Positions 55,182-64,000 of a DNA stretch of 64,000 nt are shown here, one piece after another. The notes beneath the pieces are model-generated. The model ran no database searches. It worked only from the letters and a program-made list of their open reading frames with translations, and was not told where the DNA came from. The position numbers were made by a program, and so were the translations under genes. Each line of letters begins with the position of its first letter. Positions within the stretch are counted from its first letter, which is position 1. The DNA comes from Candidatus Spongiisociaceae bacterium (lineage in GTDB: Bacteria; Actinomycetota; Acidimicrobiia; Spongiisociales; Spongiisociaceae). The stretch covers positions 1,824,001 through 1,888,000 of the forward strand of contig CBDCOH010000002.1 in NCBI GenBank assembly GCA_965219685.1. The letters run 5' to 3'.

Positions 55182-56738
55182 CTACCGACGCATGGTACGG
55201 GCTGTCGGCCCCAGTTGCTCGGGGAGAACGGCATAGGCATCCTCGATCCACTGGCACAGGACCGGTCTGGTCCGACGCGGATCGATGATCTCCGGTACGC
55301 CGAACGCCTCTGCTGTGCGGAAGGGCGACGACAGATCGTCGTATTGCGCTTCCAACTGTGCCAGCCTCTTCTCGGCTTCGTCGGCGGGCAGGGCGTCGAG
55401 TTCGCGGCGGAAGGCGGCCCTCACCCCTCCCTGGATCGGGATAGAACCCCACCGGGCGGACGGCCACGCGTAGTGCAGGTTCAGGCCCTGCAGCCGCCCG
55501 TAGCTGGTGCCGGCCAGCCCGAAGAGCCTCCGGATGATCATCCCGCACCACGGCACCCGCGACTGCTCGATGGCCGAGACGAGCCGGATGGTTCCCCGCA
55601 CGGCCCCTTCACGTTCGGCTTCCAGGCCGATGACGGTGCCGGGCTGGTCCACGAAGTTCACTATCGGGATGTGGAACGTGTCGCACAGGTCCACGAACGT
55701 CTCGACCTTCTCCGCGGCGGCGCGGGTGAGGCCGCCCCCGAACCGGTAGGGATCGTTCCCGATGACCCCGACCGGATACCCGTTGAGGCGCGCCAGAGCC
55801 GTGATGGACGACGGCCCGTAGGCGGGAGCGATCTCGAACAGCGAATCACGGTCGAACACCAGCGAGAGGAGCCTTCGCGAGTCGTAGACCTGGCGCTGGT
55901 TGCGAGGGATGATCGAAGCCAACTCCTCCTCGGCTCGTTCCGGCGGATCATCGGAGGGTCGGCGGGGAGGCACGTCGAACACGCTCTGGGGCAGGTACGA
56001 CAGGAACTGTTTGGCCTGCTGCATCGCCTCCTCCTCCGAGTCGGCGGCGTTGTCGATGACGCCGCTCTGCCCGGTATGGATATGGGCGCCCCCGAGTTCC
56101 TCCTTGTCGATGTCCCGGCCTAGGGCAACCCGGGCGACGGGAGGACCGGCCGCGAAGACCTGGCTGGTTCCGCGGACCATCACCGAGAAGTGGCTGCTGG
56201 CGGCCTTCATCGGGCCGAGACCCGCTGACGGACCCAGCACCAGGGCCACCACGGGAACGTAGCCGAGCATCTCGGCGAGGGGCCACATGCGGTAACCGGG
56301 GATCTTGGTCCGGCCCATCTTCTCGAGTAGCCGGACGCTTCCGCCGACGTTCTCGACGAGACGGATCATCGGCATGCGCATCTCCAGCGCGTACCGGTTG
56401 ATGAACTCCCACTTCTCCGAGATCTGGGCTTCGGTGGAACCGCCCCTGATGGTGTAGTCGTCTGCTTCCACGGCCACGCGGCGATCCCGGACCCGGCCGG
56501 TGCCGATGATCGTGTTGGCGGGCCTGACGCTCACGAGGCGGCCTTCCGCATCGTAGGCGGTACGGCCGGTGAAGGTGCCGATCTCCTGCCAGGTGTCCTC
56601 GTCAAGTAGCAGCCCGATCCTCTCCCTGGCGGTGAGCCGGCCTGCTCCATGCTGGCGGGCGACGGACTCCTCTCCGCCCATCGAGAGCGCGAACGCCTTC
56701 CGGCGCTCCATCTCCTCGAGTTCGGGCTCCCAGATCAC
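55182..56738 (-). CDS. Acyl-CoA carboxylase carboxyltransferase subunit
   Basis: Motifs RLTARERI, DDYTIRGGS, AGPPV, EELGG and FVDQPG. Confidence 0.9.
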   Translation of the reverse strand: MIWEPELEEMERRKAFALSMGGEESVARQHGAGRLTARERIGLLLDEDTWQEIGTFTGRTAYDAEGRLVSVRPANTIIGTGRVRDRRVAVEADDYTIRGGSTEAQISEKWEFINRYALEMRMPMIRLVENVGGSVRLLEKMGRTKIPGYRMWPLAEMLGYVPVVALVLGPSAGLGPMKAASSHFSVMVRGTSQVFAAGPPVARVALGRDIDKEELGGAHIHTGQSGVIDNAADSEEEAMQQAKQFLSYLPQSVFDVPPRRPSDDPPERAEEELASIIPRNQRQVYDSRRLLSLVFDRDSLFEIAPAYGPSSITALARLNGYPVGVIGNDPYRFGGGLTRAAAEKVETFVDLCDTFHIPIVNFVDQPGTVIGLEAEREGAVRGTIRLVSAIEQSRVPWCGMIIRRLFGLAGTSYGRLQGLNLHYAWPSARWGSIPIQGGVRAAFRRELDALPADEAEKRLAQLEAQYDDLSSPFRTAEAFGVPEIIDPRRTRPVLCQWIEDAYAVLPEQLGPTARTMRR

Positions 56739-57640
56739 TTCGTCTCCACCCCCATCCCGACCCTAATCAGACCGGGGATATCCTCCACGCGCTCCGCTAT
56801 GAGCGCCCCGGCAGCCGCGAGCATGTCACGTTTCACGACCGTCCGGTCTGTATCGCGCCGCACCATCGCCGACACATGCCCGAACGACGATCCGGGCGGG
56901 TGGGCGTCCTGGAACTCACCCACGATCATCGCCACGACGGGTTTGGTGACCTCGCCGCTCTCCATCGCGGCGGCCAGCCCGGACTCATGGTCCGATCCGG
57001 GCTCCCCGAACACCACGATGGCGTCGGTGGCGGCGTCTGCCTCGAACCAGCGGGCGTACTCGGCCATCGTCCTCCCGGTGATGGCTTCGCCTCCCATCGA
57101 CACGCACGTCGAGATGCCGCTCCCGGCCCTCGCCAGCGCGAGGGCGATCTCGGCGGACATACCTCCCGACCGGGAGCAGACACCCACCCTTCCCGGCCTG
57201 AACAGGTCGGCCGGCCTCGGTCCCCCGATACCGCCCAGCTTCGTCTTGCCGGGAGATATGACGCCGTTGGTATTGAAACCGATGAGGACCGAACCGGCGT
57301 CCCGGGCAGCAAGGGCTGCCCTCCATGCATCTTGACGGGGGAGGTTCTCGGCCATGGCGACGATCGGCGAGAGTCCGGAAGAGCACGCCTCCATTACCGC
57401 GTCCGCCGCGTGGCGCGCGGGCACGTACTGAACGGCCGCGTCGGCCCCGGTCCGGTCGACGGCTTCACCTACGGTGTCGAAGACCGGTACTCCCGATACG
57501 GACTGGCCACCCTTCCCGGGCGTCACCCCGGCCACGATCCGGGACCCGTACTCCAGGCAGAATCGTGTGTCGAGCCGTCCCACCGAGCCGGTGATGCCCT
57601 GTACCAGGATGCGGGTCCGCTCGTCGACCAGAATGCTCAC
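56735..57640 (-). CDS. Succinyl-CoA synthetase alpha-like subunit
   Basis: Motifs VQGITG, GVTPGKGG, SRSGG, FGEPG and FGH (phospho-His). Confidence 0.9.
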   Translation of the reverse strand: MSILVDERTRILVQGITGSVGRLDTRFCLEYGSRIVAGVTPGKGGQSVSGVPVFDTVGEAVDRTGADAAVQYVPARHAADAVMEACSSGLSPIVAMAENLPRQDAWRAALAARDAGSVLIGFNTNGVISPGKTKLGGIGGPRPADLFRPGRVGVCSRSGGMSAEIALALARAGSGISTCVSMGGEAITGRTMAEYARWFEADAATDAIVVFGEPGSDHESGLAAAMESGEVTKPVVAMIVGEFQDAHPPGSSFGHVSAMVRRDTDRTVVKRDMLAAAGALIAERVEDIPGLIRVGMGVETK

Positions 57641-57855
57641 CGGTGGAGTTCGATCCGTACCAGCGTGTCACCGGCGTCGATGACGTCCCCCTCCGCGACC
57701 GGGATGTCCTCCACGACTCCGGACACCGGGGAGAGCACCGGGATCTCCATCTTCATCGACTCGAGAATGAGCAGTTGCTTCCCGGGATGGACCGTTTCCC
57801 CTTCGGCCACGGTGACCCTCCAGACGATCGATGCCATATCTGCGGTGACTATCAC
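57637..57855 (-). CDS. Biotin carboxyl carrier protein
   Basis: ESMKME biotinylation motif. 72 aa, translationally coupled on both sides. Confidence 0.88.
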   Translation of the reverse strand: MIVTADMASIVWRVTVAEGETVHPGKQLLILESMKMEIPVLSPVSGVVEDIPVAEGDVIDAGDTLVRIELHR

Positions 57856-59000
57856 CGGTTGATCCTGACCAGAGTATCCACAGCGTCTCCAAGGCTCGCT
57901 CCGGAGGGAAGGTACCGCATACCGGCGCGGCGGGCCGCCAACCGCCTCGCCCGGCCGGCGTTGAAACCCTCGAGCCTGACCACGACCGGGATCGAGCCCT
58001 GCCCGGAACCCCAGCGGTCCAGACCGACCAGGAGCCGCTCGACGATGAGGTCGCACGGCGCCAGCTGCAGGATGTTGAAGCTGACCAGAAGGCGAGAGAG
58101 GTTGGGATGCGTCAGGACGGCTTCGATGAGAACGTCCAGCTTCTCGGCTGACACGCCGGCGCCCAGGTCACTGTGGTTGGCCGGCCGCACACCGGCCTCG
58201 ACGAGCAGGTCGTGCTGGTACAGACCGGCGCCACCCCCTCCCACGAGCAGCCCCGTGTCCCCGTCCAGCTCCACGTACCGCACCGACGCTCCAGGGAGCC
58301 GCCGATCCGCATCCGTCACGAAGGCTTCACGTTCGCTGAGCCCGTGGGGACGCCACCGGAGTTCCGGATGCCTGAACAGCGCGTTGGTGTCCATCTCGAT
58401 CAGACCACCGACCGCGGTGACGGCCCCCTCCGGTGAAATGGCCAGTGGGTTGAGTTCAACCAGTAGAGCGTCGTCGAGGAAGACCGTCGCGGCGGCCACC
58501 GTCTGGTCGACCAGCGGGGCGGGGATCCGGTGGTCACCGAGCGCCCGCCGCCAGAGATCCTCAGCCATCTCTCGCGTGAAGCTCCCAGGCCCGTCGAAGG
58601 CCCTTCGTGTCAGTGCATCGCCCGACTCTTCGATGTCGACGCCTCCGGTGCCGGATGCGGTGACCAGAGGTCCACGGGGACCCCACGAGAACGCCACATA
58701 GAGCTCGCGGGAGACTGCCACCGCCTCCTCCACATACACGGAGCGGCAGGGATGGCCGAGGATCCGGGAACCGAGCAACCGCCTTGCTGCCTCCGCTGCC
58801 GCAGCCACTCCGATCGGACCTATCACCCCGTTGCTCCTCGCACGCCGATTCGCCGGGACCAGGGCCTTGACGAAAACCTCGGCGCCCAGTGCTCGGGCAA
58901 CTCTCTCCGCGCCGGCCGGCGAATCGGCCACGCCTCCGCTGGGGACATTCACCCCCGCTCCGGCCAGGCGAGACTTGGACTCACTCTCCAGCAACCTCAT
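57852..59000 (-). CDS. Succinyl-CoA synthetase beta-like ATP-grasp subunit
   Basis: Motifs MRLLESESK, VEE, GGVDIE, ELNPL, DTNALFRHP, GGGAG and PANHSDLG. Confidence 0.85.
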   Translation of the reverse strand: MRLLESESKSRLAGAGVNVPSGGVADSPAGAERVARALGAEVFVKALVPANRRARSNGVIGPIGVAAAAEAARRLLGSRILGHPCRSVYVEEAVAVSRELYVAFSWGPRGPLVTASGTGGVDIEESGDALTRRAFDGPGSFTREMAEDLWRRALGDHRIPAPLVDQTVAAATVFLDDALLVELNPLAISPEGAVTAVGGLIEMDTNALFRHPELRWRPHGLSEREAFVTDADRRLPGASVRYVELDGDTGLLVGGGGAGLYQHDLLVEAGVRPANHSDLGAGVSAEKLDVLIEAVLTHPNLSRLLVSFNILQLAPCDLIVERLLVGLDRWGSGQGSIPVVVRLEGFNAGRARRLAARRAGMRYLPSGASLGDAVDTLVRINR

Positions 59001-59434
59001 CCCGTTACAGGGTCGGTCCCGGAGGGGTCGCCGTGGGGCTCCACCAGGCCGGTCAGGACGCCGTCGTTGGTAGCGGGATGGATGAACACCCGGCGCCCCC
59101 TGGCATCCTCCATGGGGGTGCGAGAGATCAGGCCACAGCCCGCGGCCTCCGCCGCCGCGGTGGCATCGGCCACGGATCCGACCCGCAGGCAGAGGTGATG
59201 CAGACCCTCGCCGCGCCCGGCCAGGAACCGGTCCAGATCCGAGCCGTCCCTCGTCGACTCGAGGATCTCGACGTAGGCCGCACCGGACCGAAGGAGATGG
59301 CTCCTGATCCCCCCCGGCAGGTCCTCGGTGCGCACCTCGACGAATCCCATCGTCCGGTAGCGATCTATCGCCGCTGCCGAGTCTCGGACGGCGACACCGA
59401 CATGCTCGATCGCGACCACCGGTGATTCAGCCAT
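58997..59434 (-). CDS. VOC-family protein (methylmalonyl-CoA epimerase-like)
   Basis: Motifs EHVGVAV, GEGLHHLCL and FIHP...GVL. Confidence 0.85.
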   Translation of the reverse strand: MAESPVVAIEHVGVAVRDSAAAIDRYRTMGFVEVRTEDLPGGIRSHLLRSGAAYVEILESTRDGSDLDRFLAGRGEGLHHLCLRVGSVADATAAAEAAGCGLISRTPMEDARGRRVFIHPATNDGVLTGLVEPHGDPSGTDPVTG

Positions 59435-61019
59435 CCGCGCCATCCGCCTGCCCCCGCTCGAAGACCACCCGTTCGGTGGCGACCCGGCGGAGGTCCGCCC
59501 TCTGTAGTTTGCCGGTCGGGCCGCGCGGCATCGCCTCAACCACCACCACTGCCTCCGGACAGTGGATCGGTGGGATCCCGGCACGCTGCAGGAAGCCGGC
59601 TAGGTCCGCGGCGCGAGGTACGAAACCGGGCCGCGCTTGGACACATGCAACGGGCCGTTCCCCGAGACGGCGGTCAGGCACCCCGACCACGATGGCGTCC
59701 TCCAGCAATTCATGACGAGCCAACGCCCGCTCCACCCTCTCGGCGGGTATGTTCTCCCCGCCCCGGATCACCATGTTCTTGACCCTCCCGGTGATCACCA
59801 GGTAGCCGTCGCGGTCCGCGTAGCCCAGATCCCCGGTCCGGAAGAATCCCTCCTCGTCGATCGCTCCGGGGGAGCGGCCGGCGTGGTAACCGGTCATCAG
59901 GAACGGCCCCCGGAACGCGACCTCACCTTCCCGCTCCCGGCCCAGCCGCTCGCCATCGGGACCGAGGACCCGCATCTCGATCTCGGGATGGGGGTGACCT
60001 TCGGTCGTGAGCAACTTCTCGGTCGGCGAGCCCTCCCCAGTAGAGCAGACGTGCCCGACCTCGGTCATCCCGAAGGCCTTCGACATCCGGCCCGGCAGCG
60101 TGTCCACTACCTCCTCTGCCACATCGGAGGCGAGCTTGGCGCCCGCGCACGTGAACAGGCGGAGTGAATCGAGGCGACCACGCCAGGTGGAGCGGCGAGC
60201 AAGCAGATCCACCAGAAAGGCAGGAGGACCCGAACTCACCGTGACCCCGTACCGGTCGGACAGGTCCAGCATCAGGTCCGGGTCCCAGCGCTCCTGGAGG
60301 ACCACACGGGCGCCGGCGTGCAGGCCGAGGCGTACCCCGTAGAAGTACCCGAAGTTGTGTCCCACCGGTAGGGCGACGTGCACGACGTCGTCGGCATCTA
60401 TCCCCTGCCTGGAAATGGTGGAGAGAATGCCGGCGGTCGCGGTGGCGTGGGTATGGAGCACGCCCTTGGGAGGTCCGGTCGTCCCCGACGTGAAGGCCAA
60501 CTCGGCCACGTCGTCCGGGCCGGGGGGATCCGGCAGCCTGCCTACCGGACCGGGTTCGTCGAGCAACTCATCGAGCAGCAGCCCCGCGCCGGACTCGGAG
60601 ACCGACACCGCGGGGATGCTGCCCATGCCATCGAGGGTGTCCGGGTGGTTGGCTGTCAACACCAGCGCCGGCCGGGCAAGCTCCACTATCTCCCCGAATG
60701 CCTTGCCTCTGACCGCCGGTAGCAAGGGTGACACGACCGCCCCCAGGCGTTCGGCGGCGAGGAACGCGGGTACGAACCCGCGCACGCCGTGCATCTGGAC
60801 GATCACCACATCGCCGTGGCCGACACCCATCTGCCGGTACCGAGCGGAGAGCCTGAGGGTGGCCTCGACGAGGCGTAGATAGGTGTATGCCCCGGAACCG
60901 TCGGACACCGCGCTGGCGTCGGGTCGTTCGGCGGCGTGGCGGACCACGTCGTCCCACAACGTTCGTTCGGGCCAGCGGAAGCCGGCGGGACATCGGTGCT
61001 GTCTCAGGGAGGATGTCAC
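59427..61019 (-). CDS. AMP-forming acyl-CoA ligase
   Basis: Motifs FTSGTTGPPKG, FGMTE, TGDLG, GRVKNMVIRGGENI and TGK. Confidence 0.93.
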   Translation of the reverse strand: MTSSLRQHRCPAGFRWPERTLWDDVVRHAAERPDASAVSDGSGAYTYLRLVEATLRLSARYRQMGVGHGDVVIVQMHGVRGFVPAFLAAERLGAVVSPLLPAVRGKAFGEIVELARPALVLTANHPDTLDGMGSIPAVSVSESGAGLLLDELLDEPGPVGRLPDPPGPDDVAELAFTSGTTGPPKGVLHTHATATAGILSTISRQGIDADDVVHVALPVGHNFGYFYGVRLGLHAGARVVLQERWDPDLMLDLSDRYGVTVSSGPPAFLVDLLARRSTWRGRLDSLRLFTCAGAKLASDVAEEVVDTLPGRMSKAFGMTEVGHVCSTGEGSPTEKLLTTEGHPHPEIEMRVLGPDGERLGREREGEVAFRGPFLMTGYHAGRSPGAIDEEGFFRTGDLGYADRDGYLVITGRVKNMVIRGGENIPAERVERALARHELLEDAIVVGVPDRRLGERPVACVQARPGFVPRAADLAGFLQRAGIPPIHCPEAVVVVEAMPRGPTGKLQRADLRRVATERVVFERGQADGADG

Positions 61020-61876
61020 CTGTAGAGGCTACGGAGCGGCTCGACGCGGTGGCCACCGTCGCCGGAGGGGACGATCACGCGATCGTCGTGGCCGGGCAGC
61101 ACCGTCATTCCGTAACGCTCCACCAAGCGGCGGACCTTGACCGCCGATCTGGCCCACTCCTCGGGGAACTGGTTGAGGATGCTGGGCACGAACCGCTTTC
61201 CGTAGGTGTCGGCCAGGTAGATGGCGTCGGACGCGATCAGGATCCATCCGTCCCGCTCGAGCAGGACGGCGACCCCGATCGTCCCCCACGTGTGTCCCGG
61301 CAATGTCACGACCCAGACTCCCTTCAGCAGCTCGAAGTCGGCGAACACTTCGACGGCCCGGTCTGGCATCAGCGACGCGAAGTCGGCCCGCGTGAAGCCC
61401 TGGGGGCTGGTGACCCCCCAGAGCGTCACCAGATCGTCCCGGATCAGCCCTCCCTTCTGGCTGAAGGCCCCTCGCAGTTCGTCCCGGCCCACATAGATCC
61501 GGGCATCGGTGGGCGCGAACATCCGCACGTTGCCGGCATGGTCGGTATGCAGGTGGGTGATGACAACGTGATCGAAATCGTCGGGGGACAGCCCGAGAGC
61601 GGCGATGCGCTCCGGGAACAGACCACCGTCTCCCGGGTCGTAGGACATGGCGTTCTGATAGAACTCGTTCTTCCACTCCTGGCGGAAGCGGACCGAGACG
61701 CCGGTGTCCACAAGGACTCGCCCGTCAGGATGCTCGATCACGTACACGTAGATGGGATGACGGAGTAGCTCCTTGCGACCGGAGCTCTCCGCGGTAGCAA
61801 GGCGCTCGGGATGTCCGGTGAGGGCGAGCTCAAAGTCGAGCGAAGTCCGTCCGCATTCGATCACCTTCAACTCCAT
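61016..61876 (-). CDS. Metallo-beta-lactamase-fold lactonase (AHL/pyridoxolactonase-like)
   Basis: Motifs VDTG, HLHTDH, GHT, SDA and GHD. Confidence 0.88.
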   Translation of the reverse strand: MELKVIECGRTSLDFELALTGHPERLATAESSGRKELLRHPIYVYVIEHPDGRVLVDTGVSVRFRQEWKNEFYQNAMSYDPGDGGLFPERIAALGLSPDDFDHVVITHLHTDHAGNVRMFAPTDARIYVGRDELRGAFSQKGGLIRDDLVTLWGVTSPQGFTRADFASLMPDRAVEVFADFELLKGVWVVTLPGHTWGTIGVAVLLERDGWILIASDAIYLADTYGKRFVPSILNQFPEEWARSAVKVRRLVERYGMTVLPGHDDRVIVPSGDGGHRVEPLRSLYR

Positions 61877-61940
61877 CCGACCTCCTCCGGGCGCGGCGGC
61901 GACTCCCGCATTATGGTCAGGTCACCAAAGGAGGACCACG

Positions 61941-63515
61941 GTGAGCCGCACATTGGTGATGGGAGATCCCCTCGTCGTCCTCGGCGATCCGTCCCCGGGA
62001 TACATCCGGGATGGCGCGCTCATCGTCGAAGGTCGCCGGATCGTACGAGTCGGATCGAGGCAGGATCTTGAGGGTCTCGGTCCTTTCGATCACCTGGTCG
62101 GGTCTCCCCGCCATGCCGTCCTGCCCGGATTCATCAATGGTCACTACCACTCGGGTTCGGCCCTGAACCGGGGAATGCCCCAGTACATCTTCGAGCGGGC
62201 CAACGTCCATGTGCACGCCATGTGGAGCGCGGTCACCGAGGAAGACCTCTACTACGCCGTGCTGGCCAACGTCATCAACGACGTTCGAGGAGGCCAGACC
62301 GGGTTCGTCGACCTCAACTACGGCCGGTCCGGCCTGCCCAACTTCGGGTACGACGCCATCCTGCAGGCTTACGGGGACCTCGGGGTGCGGGTGGCCCTCG
62401 GGGTGGTCACCAGGGATCGGAACACCCTGGTCCATGCGGACGATGAGTCCTTCCTCGCCACGCTTCCCCCGGATCTGGCCGCGCGGGTGCGCGCCTCGAC
62501 GATGGGTTACGCATGGCCGGTCGACCAGGTGTTCGCCGCCTACCGGGACCTGGTCGCTCGCTGGGACTACCGGGAGGGCCGTATCCGGGTCCTGCTCGCA
62601 CCCGACTGGACCCCGGCCTGCTCGGACGAACTCTACGTCCAGAACCGGCGCCTGGCCGACGAGTTCGGAACGGGGATCATGACGCACGTGCTCGAGACCC
62701 GTTCCGAGATGATGTACGCGCTGGAGAGCGACGGCAAGACCGCCATGCGCCGGCTGGCGGATCTCGAAGTGCTGGGACCCGATGTCTCGTGCTCCCACTT
62801 CGTGTGGGCAACCGACGAGGACATCTCGATACTCGCCGATACGGGGGCGGTCGCGGTCAACAACCCGGGTTCCAACCTCCGCCTGAGCACGGGGATAGCC
62901 CGGGTGAGGGACATCATGGACCGTGGCGGGCGGGTGTGCTTCGGTACCGATAACATCTCTTTTTCGGACTCCGGCGACTTCTTCCAGGAGCTCCGCCTCG
63001 CCGCCTACCTGCAGAGAACCCCGGGATTGCTGGAGGTAGGTCGCCTCGATTCGGAGGCCGTGCTGCGAGCTGCGGCGCGCAACGGCGCCCGGGCGATCCG
63101 CTTCGAGTCCGAACTCGGTTCGCTGAGCGTGGGGAAGGAGGCCGACCTGGTCGTCTTGAGCCGCGACCGCCTGTTCTGGCCGGAGGAACGTTACGCCTCC
63201 GCCCCGCCCCTGGACGTCATCCTCGACCGAGCGTCGGCCGCCGACGTGGCGTCCATAATGGTTGCCGGAGAGGTCGTGTTCGACGATGGCGAATTCACCC
63301 GGATCCCTGAGAGCCGGATCCGGGACCACGTTGCCGAAGCGGCTCTGCGCATCATGGGCAACGATCCCGACCCGGACTCGGTGCGCCTGGGCTGGGAGGT
63401 GGACCCCTACGTACTCGATTTCTACCGCCGGTGGGCCCGGACGCCGCTCGAGCCGGCCGCGGTGTACAACGCCAAGCATCCGCCCCCAGGCGGGGATGGT
63501 TCGAGAGAGGAGTGA
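61941..63515 (+). CDS. Metal-dependent amidohydrolase/deaminase
   Basis: Motifs PGFINGHYH, THVLE, SHFVW, NPGSN and GTD. aaaggagg RBS upstream. Confidence 0.9.
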   Translation: MSRTLVMGDPLVVLGDPSPGYIRDGALIVEGRRIVRVGSRQDLEGLGPFDHLVGSPRHAVLPGFINGHYHSGSALNRGMPQYIFERANVHVHAMWSAVTEEDLYYAVLANVINDVRGGQTGFVDLNYGRSGLPNFGYDAILQAYGDLGVRVALGVVTRDRNTLVHADDESFLATLPPDLAARVRASTMGYAWPVDQVFAAYRDLVARWDYREGRIRVLLAPDWTPACSDELYVQNRRLADEFGTGIMTHVLETRSEMMYALESDGKTAMRRLADLEVLGPDVSCSHFVWATDEDISILADTGAVAVNNPGSNLRLSTGIARVRDIMDRGGRVCFGTDNISFSDSGDFFQELRLAAYLQRTPGLLEVGRLDSEAVLRAAARNGARAIRFESELGSLSVGKEADLVVLSRDRLFWPEERYASAPPLDVILDRASAADVASIMVAGEVVFDDGEFTRIPESRIRDHVAEAALRIMGNDPDPDSVRLGWEVDPYVLDFYRRWARTPLEPAAVYNAKHPPPGGDGSREE

Positions 63516-63517
63516 GC

Positions 63518-64000
63518 ATGGCCTTCGTGGTGGATTGCCACATGCACATCATGGAGCCGGACTGGAACCCGATGAACGTCTCCTCCGGGATGGCCGAGTC
63601 CTGGGCCCGGCAGGTCCGCTGGTACGACCCGCCCAAGTCCGATCCCGAGTACTTCGCGGAGGCATGGAAGGTGTCCGCCGACGGCAACGGTGATAAGGCG
63701 GTGGCGCGTATGGACGAGGCCGGGGTGGACGCGTCGGTGATGATGCCCATGGACCACGGCGTCGGCCTTGGCGAGGAAGGCGTCATACCCATAGCCGAGA
63801 AGAACCGGCTCTGCGCCCAAGCCACCAAACGACACCCCGGACGGCTCTACACCTTCTGCGGAGTAGACCCCCGACGACCCAACGCCCTCGAAATCCTCAC
63901 CACCGCGGTAGACCAATGGGGCGCCATCGGCCTCAAGCTCTACCCCACCAACGGCTTCTACCCCGACGACGAAAACGTCGTCTACCCCCTATACCGGTTC
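63518..64000 (+). CDS. Amidohydrolase_2 family protein, 3'-truncated by the window edge
   Basis: Translated by eye: MAFVVDCHMH...MDEAGVD...HPGRL...GLKLYP...FYPDD...YPLY, open to the end of the window. Confidence 0.85.
   Translation, partial: MAFVVDCHMHIMEPDWNPMNVSSGMAESWARQVRWYDPPKSDPEYFAEAWKVSADGNGDKAVARMDEAGVDASVMMPMDHGVGLGEEGVIPIAEKNRLCAQATKRHPGRLYTFCGVDPRRPNALEILTTAVDQWGAIGLKLYPTNGFYPDDENVVYPLYRF

Noticed and set aside
61016-61876. Quorum-quenching or beta-lactam resistance gene
   Set aside because: It heads a CoA-metabolism operon, so a catabolic lactonase role is more parsimonious.

Overview
This is a GC-rich bacterial window, probably Actinomycetota. That assignment is an inference from the F420-type nitroreductase and LLM genes and from the base composition. 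Most of the window is one very large catabolic gene neighbourhood that runs off both ends. It contains NMT1/THI5-type ABC transport, nine amidohydrolase-superfamily genes (including an enamidase-like and a cyclic-amidohydrolase-like gene), a nitrilase-family enzyme, an isochorismatase, a xanthine-dehydrogenase-family Mo hydroxylase, a Rieske oxygenase, NicX/M29-fold proteins, an Sdh/Frd-like complex, a B12-dependent acyl-CoA mutase, and CoA-ligase, carboxyltransferase and epimerase genes. Together these suggest an uncharacterised pathway for N-heterocycles (pyridines or modified nucleobases). Many of the enzymes carry non-canonical active-site residues, and one gene is a stand-alone bacterial homologue of the archaeosine synthase (ArcS) catalytic domain. 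Small accessory patches (TA modules, AbiEii and integrase remnants, a frameshifted AAA ATPase) lie between the operons. The intergenic DNA holds two families of CTAG-anchored, 7-bp-periodic, stop-codon-rich repeat elements. One is a ~250-260 bp MITE-like element with terminal inverted repeats; the other is a conserved leader followed by a (CACCAYT)n array. Most copies sit at or near gene 3' ends. No rRNA, tRNA or CRISPR array was seen. All family assignments come from motif recognition by eye, not from database searches.
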